Counted from the first letter of the whole stretch, positions 1 through 9,700 are shown. The stretch is 63,981 bases of DNA, filler included, from Chrysochromulina tobinii (GCA_001275005.1; 11 parts of 11 records of this genome joined end to end with filler, not necessarily neighbours in it); one strand, 5' to 3'. Notes: generated from the letters alone by a model not told the origin. A program made the numbers and translations.

Positions 1-12
1 CTGCCGAGCAAG

Positions 13-3000
13 ATGAGGAAGCAGCAGACCGACGGCACCAGGCTCGAGATCATCAACCAGCTCGCGCAGGTCGACCCCAACATCTGCGAGCAGTATGAGC
101 TCCGGATGACCGCGTTGGGCACCAGCGCGCCCTCCAACATGGACGATGCCGTCGCGCTCATCGAGGAAATCCTCCGCACGAGAGCAGCGCGCGCCAAGCT
201 CGCCGCCCTTTCCGGCGGCGCCAAGCAGCTCGGCCTCGTCGCCGGCGACGCGACCGTCGCCGATCGCGACCCGACCAAGAACAAGCCCGGCGACGAGAAG
301 AAGACCAAGAAGACCAGGCCGCCCCGCCGCCCCGACGGCAGCAAGAAGGGCGAGCTCCTCAAGTGGGTCGAGGGCATGGACGTGTGCAAGTGCGGCGGCA
401 AGCACCTCTACCGCGATTGCACCGACCCAAAGACGAAAGCCTGGTTCGATGCCTCCAAGGCCAAGAGGGACGCCGAGAAGGCCAAGACTGCCCTGGCAGC
501 CGACGTCGCGCCGGCGGCCGCACCAGCATCGGCTCTCGTGTCCGCTGGCGGAGGGGATTACGCCACGACCGCGGTGACCATCTCCGGTGATCACACGATC
601 GACGAGCGCGCCCTCCTCGCCCAACTTTCCGGCTTCTTCAACTCCGCCGCGCCCTCGAAGGTCGTGCACTGGAGCGAGACCGCGAAGGCCGCGCACTCCG
701 CCAACGTTGCTAAGACCAAGGTCATTGATGGCGTCGTGCAGCTCGTCGAGCCATCCCCTGACGAGCTCTCCCTAGCTACCGCTCTTGGGATCGTCACCGC
801 CGACTTTGATCCGAGCAACACCCGTTGCCCCGACTTCGTGCCCGGGTGCTCGGGCACCTGCGCCCGTCAGTACGAGACCGATACCGCCGACAGCGCGAGC
901 TCCGACGATGAACCTGATCCGGCCCCGCGCTGCGAGGAGTGCGCCGACAACCCCGACGAGCGCCTTTTCTCGCGGGTGCTCAAATTCCTGCCGCATTTCT
1001 GGGCGTGCATCGTCACAGGCATGCTCCTCGGGCTGGACCCAATGGATCGAGAGCTACTCGACGACGACGTTCAGCTCATGTTCGTGATCCATGATTGCGT
1101 CGAGGTCAAGCGCGATCACTCGGCCCACACCATCCAGGTACGGTGGCGGCGTCTCAAGGCCCGCCGGGCAGGTGCCTGCCCCCCGCCGCCCACCGAGGGG
1201 GCACAAAAGGGGTCGCCCGCCGACGAAACCGCCGAGTCCGCCGAACAACCCGCCGACGATCCCGCCGCCGAACCCGCCGACCCTTCGCGCGACGATGCGA
1301 CGCGGGCGGCGATGGCTCCGCTACTCATTGCCACGCGTATGGCAGCCGTCCTCGACGCTCGTCGCCGTCAGCGCCTGGCAGCTGGGCCGCCGGCCATCCA
1401 GTGGCTCGCCGCCTCGGCCATCGGCATTATCCTCCTTGCGCTGGTCGCAGGGACGCTCGCTGCGCCCACCTCGGCCTCCATCCATGCCATCGACGGCCCC
1501 ATAGCGGACGGTGACCCTGGCAGCGACGCTGCCCTCCGCTCCGACGCCCTGTCCTCGGTCGCTCATCGGATCTCCGAGGGGCTCATCGCTCGCGCCGCGT
1601 ACCATGTCCTGTTGGCCTTCGTCACCACCGTCTTTACCGTCGCAGTGCTCTGGCCTTCAGCCTTCGCAGCCGTCGCCAGACGTCAGCCCGCAGATGTTAC
1701 TCGAGGCCTTGCGTACGTGATTGCCACACCGATGATCGGCCTCATCAACGGAGCTTGCTCCCTCGGACCCGCCACCGGCCGATCGACGGCCGCCATCTGG
1801 ATCGCTCGGAGCTCGTCGTCCGCGGCCTCGGCCCTCACACGCCTTCGGCGCGCGGCGCCTATCTTTGTCGCCTTGGCCCTTCTCGCATCAGCTCTCCTCA
1901 TCGGTCCAGCTGCCTCTGACTACCACAGCGCCGTTGCCGTCGCCCATGGCACGAACGTCACGCGCATCGACCTGCCATACTACGGCAGATGGATGCCGCA
2001 GGGCGCTACTGCTGACGAGGCCCTCCGGCAGTCCTCCCGGGACCCAGCCGCCCTCGAGGCCCTCGTGGCCGGCGCCGCCAGCAAGCATCCGGCGTCGCCG
2101 ATCGGCATCCTCAAGCTCCACCCCGACTCCGGCTGCACCGGCAGTAACACGCCTCACCTTCACCTGCTCGCCAACCGTCGCCCCTGCGACGAGATCTACT
2201 CGCAAGCGAACGGCAACATCTCAAGGTGCGAGGCCATCGGCGACCTTCCCGTGATCGTGCGCGACAAGCAGGGCGCCACCGTTCAGCTCACCTTCACCAA
2301 CGTGCGCTGCGTGCCCGACTTCAAGTTCTCGCTCCTCTCGGTCAAGCAGCTGTGGAACGAGCAGGGCATCGACGCGCGCTTCTGCGACATCAACGCGCTC
2401 GTCCTCCCGAACCAGTCGGGCCTCATCCCCTACGACCCGGCGCGGCCCCTGTCCACCATCAACGCGGTGCCCTGCGCCCATGTCGCCGCCGCGGCGCACT
2501 GTGCGCCGCCCCCTGCCCCTCAGACGGCACTCGCGTCACTCGGCTTCCACCAGGTCGGCTCGACCTCTCACCTCGCCAAGCTCTCCGGGGTGCAGATCGG
2601 CGCGCTGATGCATCGGCGCAATCACGGCGGTATCCACAAGATCAAGGCGTGCGTGCACGCGTCCAAGGACGGCCCCAAGAACCTCGGCGCCGCGGTTCAG
2701 CCCACGTGCCTCGACTGCGCGGCCACTCGCATCAAGGCCGCCGCGCACTCCGGTCGACGCGAGCCTTGCACCGAGCCCGGCACCCTGCACATCGACCTCA
2801 AGGAGTTCGCGCGCTCGTACGGTGGCTACCAGTACGCGCTCATCGCCGTCGACGAACACACTCGCTACATCTTCACGCAGTGCTTGCGCCACAAGTCGGA
2901 GGCGCTCGACGCCGTCAAGCGCGTCGTGGCCGAGTTCAACGCGATCGTCGGTACCCGCCTCGACGCCGACGGCAAGCCGCTCCCTCGCCCCACCGTCCGC

Positions 3001-3817
3001 ACGATCATGAGCGACCGCGAGGGCAAGCTCATCTCGAACGCGTTCAACGAGTTTCGGGCCGACGCGAGCCTCCACCACTACACGAGCGCCCCACACGACC
3101 ACGACCTCAACGGCATCGCCGAGCGGGCCATCGGAGCTGTGAGCGAGACGGCCGCGGCGCTGCTGCACTCCGCCAACGCGACCGTCCTCGAGTGGCCGTG
3201 GCTCATCCGCTACGCTGTGGACTGGCACAACAGCCTGATCGGCGACACCGGCACCTCGTCGTCCGACCCGCAGATCTCGCCCTTCCAGCGCCTCACTCAC
3301 AAGCTGCCCGCCATCATGGACCTCGCCCGCTACGGCTGCCGCGCCGTCGTGCTCAAGCCGCCCAACCAGCAGAACAAGACTGCGCTCGACTCGCGCGGAT
3401 GGGTGGGCACCTTCTGTGGCCGCTCGGTCAACTCGCCCGGCTGTTGGGACGTCAACTGCAACGGGACCATCGTCAGCAGCTCCAGCGTCCAAGTCGACGA
3501 GGAGCACATGCCGCGCCTTGGCTCTCAGGCGCACCAGCCTCTGCCGCCCACGGCCCCGGCAGCCCGGGCCTCGCCCCCAGACTCCGTGCCGCATCTCGAC
3601 AGCGATCGGCCCGTCGCTCCGGCAGCCCCGTCGGCCGCCCCGATCAACGCGTCCGTGCACCACGAACGGCCCGCGCGCAAGGCACTCTCGCTGCTCAACC
3701 TCTTCAGTGGTCCTTACCATCGAACGGACGGCCTCGCGGCCGCCCTCTCTGCCCATGGCTGGACCCACGTCACTCAGATCGACAATGACGCCGAAGTAGG
3801 GGGGGGCTGGCAACACG
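13..3817 (+). CDS. Copia gag-pol polyprotein (partial); meaningful frame ends at ~3817
   Basis: ORF 13..4056. Zinc knuckle at ~385-420, protease DSG at 2125-2133, integrase core at ~2782-3240. After 3817 this frame reads as Arg-rich off-frame sequence. Confidence 0.9.
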
Positions 3818-4008
3818 TTCTCAGTCTCACGCTTCTTCGACGCCACCGTCGACGGCCACGACTCGGGTCCTCCTGTCGTGCGCGACCACGATCACCCCGA
3901 CGGCGTCCCCGAGCTCGACCCCAAGCACGTCAAGGAGCTCAAAACGTCCAACCTCCTGCTCGAGCGCACCGTCGAGCTCGCGCTCGCCGCACATCGATCT
4001 CCGAGCAA
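3685..4008 (+). pseudogene. C5-cytosine DNA methyltransferase-like domain fused downstream of integrase; internally deleted and frameshifted
   Basis: Frame 1 gives the motif-I-like LSLLNLFSGPYHRTDGLAAALSAHGWTHVTQIDND. Frame 2 from 3812 gives NTFSVSRF...GPPVVRD..HPDG...SNLLLERTVELALAAHRS, which resembles sequence following the PPC motif IV. The contig ends before the expected ENP motif. Confidence 0.7.
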
Positions 4009-4108
4009 NNNNNNNNNNNNNNNNNNNNNNNNNNNNNNNNNNNNNNNNNNNNTTAATTAATTAANNNNNNNNNNNNNNNNNNNNNNNNNNNNNNNNNNNN
4101 NNNNNNNN
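4009..4108. other. Artificial contig spacer (Ns plus TTAATTAATTAA six-frame stop). Also at 13412-13511, 16002-16101, 28879-28978, 37653-37752, 49088-49187, 56059-56158, 59298-59397, 61320-61419 and 62651-62750
   Basis: The identical 100-nt N/TTAATTAATTAA/N block occurs 10 times. Confidence 0.99.
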
Positions 4109-4250
4109 GGATACGTATCCTGATAACAAACCCCCCCCAAACTCGATAACAAACCCCCCCTGACCCGGTTGCGCCGAGATCTGCCCTCCCGATCGCTCGC
4201 GCCAGCGATGGGCACCAAAGGCGGCGGAAAGGCGACCGCCATTTTGAATC

Positions 4251-4295
4251 ACTTGACTTGACTTGACTTGACTTGACTTGACTTGACTTGACTTG
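4251..4295. repeat. (ACTTG)9 microsatellite
   Basis: Direct reading. Related runs occur at 38039-38063, ~49653-49667 and, inverted and degenerate, ~24959-24992. Confidence 0.95.
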
Positions 4296-4426
4296 AAATG
4301 GACGCACTATGAATACAGTATGCCGTACACGCGCATTCCAAACCGCCTAAACGGCACGCAATCAGGCATGGCGAAAGTTGTTCGGATCCGCCGGCAGTAG
4401 CTTCGAGCCTTAGCGGGCGAATCTCT

Positions 4427-5467
4427 TTGACGGGGCAGTGCATCACCACGGAGCAAGCTTCAAAGCCGTGGGTGAAGAAAAATTATACGTACTATGACAC
4501 CCTTTTCACTTCGTGGCGCGGCAATTGGCTGGAGCTTGAGGACGACCTTGCGAATCGACGGGAGCAGATCATTGTGGAGCAGACGAATCTTGGTTTGATG
4601 TCGGCGCTTCTCCTCACCATCGCAATTCCTTACATGATGGGTGTTCAAGACTTGAATTTCGACTCGACGGTCAACATGCTGACTCGCGAGAGCGAGGACC
4701 CGGCAAGCGGTGAGGACATGGCGCGCGCGCACCGTGATGTTCTATCCATCGTGTCGTTCCTCTCCTTTGTTGGGTTCATGCTGTCAACCACCCACTCCGT
4801 CTTGACCATGCTCTTCCTGTCCCAACTGACTGGAGTCGTGGAGCCGCGCATCTTTCAAGAGCGCCTCGGCTTTATCAATTCGGCCGGGATCCTCCTTTTC
4901 ATGTTCGGAGTCCTTTTCCTTATGGTGTTAGTCTTTTATCATTTCATCATCTTCGCCTCCTACGTCGCAACCATACTGGTGGGCGTGATCTCGATTGGAA
5001 TCATCGTGTGCGCCTACGTGTTTGGCGTGGCGACGAGGCAGCAGAATGTCCTCTTCAACATCAAGCGGCTGTCGTATACGACAGCGCCAACCACGCTGGA
5101 CCACAAACAGCTCGACGGGTACGCCGTCGAATACTGCGAAAAACCGGATCTCGGCCCTCAGACGATGACAGCTGCAAACCTGGAGGAGTTCATTCGCGAC
5201 CGCCTTGCGAACGACAAGCGCAAGGATAAAAGTGTTTCACGCCCGTCCGAGATTATGTTCTCCGAGGTGACTACTCGGATGATTGAGATGTATGCGACAA
5301 AGATCGTGGATGCCTGCGCTCTACAGGCCATCAAGGACAGCCCGCTCCTAGAGGCGTTCTCTAATGATGATGATAAGCCAAGTGCCATGCTGGACAAGCT
5401 GCTTCGCGCCGCCGAGGATGGTGACAAACTGTGCAACTTGATCACAAAAGGCTCGACAGTGGCGTAG
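4427..5467 (+). CDS. Multi-pass membrane protein of unknown function (true ATG uncertain)
   Basis: 346-aa ORF with about 4 hydrophobic segments (LGLMSALLLTIAI; IVSFLSFVGFML; GILLFMFGVLFLMVLVFYHFIIF; TILVGVISIGIIVCAYVF). Confidence 0.7.
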   Translation: MTGQCITTEQASKPWVKKNYTYYDTLFTSWRGNWLELEDDLANRREQIIVEQTNLGLMSALLLTIAIPYMMGVQDLNFDSTVNMLTRESEDPASGEDMARAHRDVLSIVSFLSFVGFMLSTTHSVLTMLFLSQLTGVVEPRIFQERLGFINSAGILLFMFGVLFLMVLVFYHFIIFASYVATILVGVISIGIIVCAYVFGVATRQQNVLFNIKRLSYTTAPTTLDHKQLDGYAVEYCEKPDLGPQTMTAANLEEFIRDRLANDKRKDKSVSRPSEIMFSEVTTRMIEMYATKIVDACALQAIKDSPLLEAFSNDDDKPSAMLDKLLRAAEDGDKLCNLITKGSTVA

Positions 5468-5502
5468 GCGCGTAGCAAGCAGGGTTTCTGATGAAAACAG
5501 AC

Positions 5503-5670
5503 ATCGTGAAGGCCTGCGCTCTACAGGCCATCAAGGAGAGCCCGCTCCTAAGGTCGCTCTCCGATGATGGGCCAAGTACCACGCTGGACAAGCTGGACAA
5601 GCTGCTTGCCGCCGCCAAGGATGGTGACAAACCGTGCAACTTGATCACGAAAGGCTCGATATTGGCGTAG
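5503..5670 (+). repeat. Degenerate tandem duplicate of the 3' end of the 4427-5467 gene
   Basis: 5503-5670 aligns to 5303-5467 (GCCTGCGCTCTACAGGCCATCAAGGA...GGCGTAG) with substitutions and indels. Confidence 0.9.
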
Positions 5671-5892
5671 ATAGTGTCGCGAGACAAGTGGGGAAACTCA
5701 CCTGATCTCGACTGAGGTCCAGCAAGACCTCCCATATGAGTAGGTCCAGTGTGGGCTTAGGTCAGGGGAGGGGTCGGTACATCTCTTAAGCGAAGTAGAT
5801 GCATGAATTGACGACCGTGGAGTCTTACCATGTTTGGTCAGACTGCCATACCATGTATGGTCACTCTGTTGTGATACCCTTCTTTGGGTTGT

Positions 5893-6149
5893 GTCGGAAA
5901 AGCTAGTGCAAGCGGTCTTCGCCCACTTCTTCCCAGACTCGGTCGCCTGTCAGGGGATCTGAGGAGCTACTTTCGAACTCTCGGTCTCGCAACAAGTGGA
6001 GCGCTATAATGGAGCGCTCTACCGAGCGATACTTTACGACGTTCGGCCCAATGAGTTTTACAGGTCGGAAAAGCTAGTGCAAGCGGTCTTCGCCCACTTC
6101 TTCCCTCTCGATCGCCTGTGGGGGATCTGAGGAGCTACTTTCGAACTCT
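5893..6149. repeat. Direct repeat of about 88 nt (5893-5981 and 6064-6149)
   Basis: GTCGGAAAAGCTAGTGCAAGCGGTCTTCGCCCACTTCTTCCC...GGGGATCTGAGGAGCTACTTTCGAACTCT occurs twice. Confidence 0.9.
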
Positions 6150-6761
6150 TGCAACACACTCAGCTTCCGTGCGAGAGATGCATGCAAAAAAGCACGATGT
6201 CGTTCAAGGCCACAGTCAGTCAGTCAACAGTTACTCATGTGTCCTACAGCTACAACACGAGCAAGCGTGCGTACACCGGACCATTCATTCGGACCCCTTG
6301 TTTCAGTCTCTGTGGAGAGCGACTGAAACACACGCATCTGTGCTGGAATACAATGTACGACTTTCTGTGCCTTCCCAGCTATAGCACACTACTTTGCGTA
6401 GTTTTCTTGGATACTAGATGTTGCCAAGACGATGACCGTCTTGGCTCTGATTAGGCTCAGATATTGTGTTGTTGTGAACAACGTTTGTCATATCACACAG
6501 TGTGAATTCCTCGAAATCGTAGAAGTAAACGTCGTAACTATTCTCCGACCACGACAAGCAACGCGAAGAGAACAAGCAGGTTTCCATACCCGTGTCCCGC
6601 TGTGTCACCATGCCGTCCCATGTCGCATGCCGCCATACTCTGTGACGTCGTCACATCCCCTTCAATTTCCCCCACCGCAATTCAGGGGGTCCCGCCAATC
6701 GGTAGGTAGCTTGGTCAGTTACAAATCTCTCTCTACACCAGAGTTCCGACAGCTGCGTCCC

Positions 6762-9700
6762 TCAGAGCCGCTTGCGCAGGAACTCCTCGTAGGCGCCACC
6801 AAGCAGTCGGTGCACGTCACGCCGGATGTCGCCCCTGGAGACTCGCCAGCCGCGCTCGAGCAGCTCGCCATACCTGCGATCGCAACCACGAGCGCAACCG
6901 GCAGAGGGGCCATGAGCGGGGCCGTCAGAGGCCCGTAATGAGGACGATGAGGTGTCCTTTGGTGCCATCATGTGCCATCATGGGCCCTCCGGCGCGCACT
7001 TGGCCGTGAGTAGCTCGGTGAGTAGGTCGCGCCCGCGCCGCCACTTGTGGATGAGCTGGTCGTGCAGCTTGGCCGACGAGGCTGTGAATGTGAACTGGGT
7101 GCCAAGAACCTCGAGCCGAATCGCCGACGACGCCCTCACGAGCGAGGGGAGGGCCGCGTGCCACCACGAGCCCCACACGTGCACGTTGGGGAATCGCGAC
7201 GCGAGGACGGCAAGCTCATGCTGGTCCGCATCGCTCAGTACGGTCACCAAGAACTGATGAGGGACACAATCAGCGACCATCAGTGGCCATCAAGAGGCAA
7301 TCAGAAGTCACCAAAATTGCGCCAAGGGTCGGGCGAAGCACTCGGAGACACTCAGTGTGGCACAATCAGTGCTCATCAGTCGCACTCAGGCTTGCCCTCT
7401 CACCTTGGTCTTCGGCAATCAGTGCTCATCAGTCGCACTCAGGCTTGCCCTCTCACCTTGGTCTTCGGCAATCAGTGCTCATCAGTCGCACTCAGGCTTG
7501 CCCTCTCACCTTGGTCTTCGGGTGCGCGGCACAGAGCTGCCCAAGCGACTCGAGGCGCGCGGACCCCAACCCATCACCGGCTAGCCGGAGGGTCGGGTTC
7601 ATGCCGCGCCGCGTGCCCATGCGCAGCAGCAACGGCAGCCCGTGCTTGCGGCAGAGGGGCAGCAGCACCGCATCGAGGATGAGCGCCACCGTGGGTGCCA
7701 CCTCACCGAGCGCCGTATTTGGCACCGTCACGTGCGGTGTGGCGTATGCGAAGGTATGCGGTGTGGAGCAACTCAGATACTCTGGGCGGAGAGTCACGAT
7801 GCACCGCTCGAGGAGCACGCTGAGGCCCTCGAGGGTGAGCGTCGTGTCGGTCGCCTCGAGGGTACGCAGGACCGACGGCCACCCGTGTGGCTCGAGGAGT
7901 GCGTCAAGCTCAAGCGCGGCCCGATATCGCGGCGGCCGAGGCGGAGGGGCTAGGCACGCCTGCAGCTGACGAGACGAGAAGAAGGGCGCATGCGACGTGA
8001 CCACATATTTGAGCTTCGCGAGCCGGAGAACTTTCTCATTAAATTTGGCGCCATCCTGCGAGGCGTACCTGATGAAGGAGGCCATCCATGGCCATCAGTG
8101 GCCATCCGTGGCCATCCGTGGCCATCAGAGGCCATCAGAGGCTATTTGTGGTACACACGGGTGTCATGAGGAGGAATCAGGGGTCCTCAGCGGCCATCAG
8201 CGGTCATCAGTAGGGGCGGACCACTTTCGGATCTCGGATAGGGAACGGCGCTCGAGAGCCTCCGTCAGCCCGAGGGCCTCAAGCGTACTGACGACGCCGG
8301 CGCACGCCTCTGAGAGCGGCGATCGCTCGACAAATAGAGCTTGCCAAATGCGCTCAGCTTGCGTCACCTGCGGCAGGGCTGCGAACGCGTCGGGCGCATC
8401 GTCGGCGATCGAGAGGTACTGCGCGACGAGGTCCGGCGAGCACGCAAGGGACTCATCTCCGAAACCAGCAGTGAGCAGCTTGTCCACGCCGTACCTGATG
8501 AGGGACGCGATCAGCGACCATCAGTGGCCAGCATGAGGCAATCAGAGGTCATAAGGGGGGCTCTTTGGCGTACAGCATGAGCTCCGGCCCGTACTCGGCG
8601 GCGAAGCAGTGCGCGTGCACATCAATCGCGTCACATGCCGCCACCTCCTGACCCACTGCCTCGCGTAGCTTCGACTTCGTCAGATTCAGTGGACGGCGCG
8701 GATCGAGCATCGTGAGTACATGAAGGGCCGGCTCACCGATTAGCATACGCCGGAGCAGCTGTGCGACGCGTTGGCTCAGCTGCGCGTGCGCCGTGTCGGT
8801 GCGCGGCGAGAAGCCTTCCACAGTCGAGAGCACCTTCATGCATGGAGGGAGGCACTCAGCATGCAATGAGGGAGGCACTCAGCCTTCCACAGTCGAGAGC
8901 ACCTGCTCTGTGATCGAGCCGACAGCAACAGCGGAGGTACCGCCTGTTCGTCCGAGTGGCCGGAGCAATAGCGGCACCAGGCCATCGCCATCACAGAACT
9001 CATAAGTGCCTGCCTCGAGGTCGACCCTCAGGCCTGGCGTGTACTCAAATCGCGCGGGAGTGGCCTTAGGCGGCACAGCGTCCGGAGGCGGCGGTGGTGG
9101 CTCGTCGGTGGGGCAGGGCTGTGCAAGCGCGGGCGAGTCGTCGAGATTGCCCACGAAGACAGGCCTTCCCTCCCCGAGCCTCGTCTGCTCTCCCATGGGA
9201 GTGAGGAAGCGCAGCATGGCGGCGATCGAGAATGCCATGAAGTCGGACGGAGCTTCGGCAGCCAGCAGGGTGGCCTTGATGGAGGGTAGCAGACGGATCC
9301 CAAGCTTCTGCATCGCGTTCTGCGAGACGAAGAAGCAGCAGAGCCCAAAGTGGCGGTGCTGCAGCCGCGTCATCCACTCGGTGTAGACGGGCGTGACGAC
9401 CGCACGCTCGCACCCGAGCTCCGACGTCATGTGCACCACGTCGCGCTCGAAGAGCTGCTCGAGGTAAGGCAATATTGGCGAGTTGGTCTGTGCGCACAGG
9501 TCTGTGGTTGGTTGCCGACCCAGTGCCATGGCATAGACCATCGCGCTGTGCAGGCCATTTGCCACACGGAGCTTGAGCTGGATATCTAGAGCCAGCTGGT
9601 TGGGCTGCGTGCGTGCCGCGAGTCCGGGCACCGTCGAAAGGCCCGCCGGCAGCACCCCCTGCAGGTCTTCTATGACAATCGCCTTGTAGGGGAGCGGCTC

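Larger units (their letters stand above)
1..4008 (+). mobile_element. Ty1/Copia LTR-retrotransposon internal region (gag-protease-integrase plus C5-MTase-like domain); both ends truncated by the contig
   Basis: One ORF contains a Gag zinc knuckle (CKCGGKHLYRDC), an aspartic protease (LHPDSGCT...FSLLSVKQL), a GAG-pre-integrase HHCC (MHRRNHG...CLDC), an rve core (LHIDL / SDREG / NGIAERAI) and a retroviral SH3-like segment (YGCRA...SRGWVGTFCG). Integrase directly after protease is Copia order. No LTRs are visible. Confidence 0.93.

Noticed and set aside
3818..4008. Arg-rich C-terminus of ORF 13..4056 as a protamine-like or nucleic-acid-binding tail
   Set aside because: It is better explained as off-frame translation after the 3810-3817 junction; frame 2 has the protein-like sequence.
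1..4008. LTRs, primer-binding site or polypurine tract for the Copia element
   Set aside because: The contig begins and ends within coding sequence, and none are visible.
4009..4108. Regularly recurring TTAATTAATTAA motif and apparent gene neighbourhoods across it
   Set aside because: It is an artificial contig linker. Adjacency across spacers has no biological meaning, so no operon-like system was inferred.
4234..4256. CCGCCATTTTGAATCA resembling a dinoflagellate spliced-leader relic
   Set aside because: Only the GCCATTTTG core matches, there is no GCTCAAG, and the compact genes with short GT-AG introns do not look dinoflagellate.
7363..7521. CRISPR-like repeat array (also 47573-47845 and 61561-61620)
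   Set aside because: The units are head-to-tail with no unique spacers, there are no cas genes, and the context is eukaryotic intron or coding sequence.
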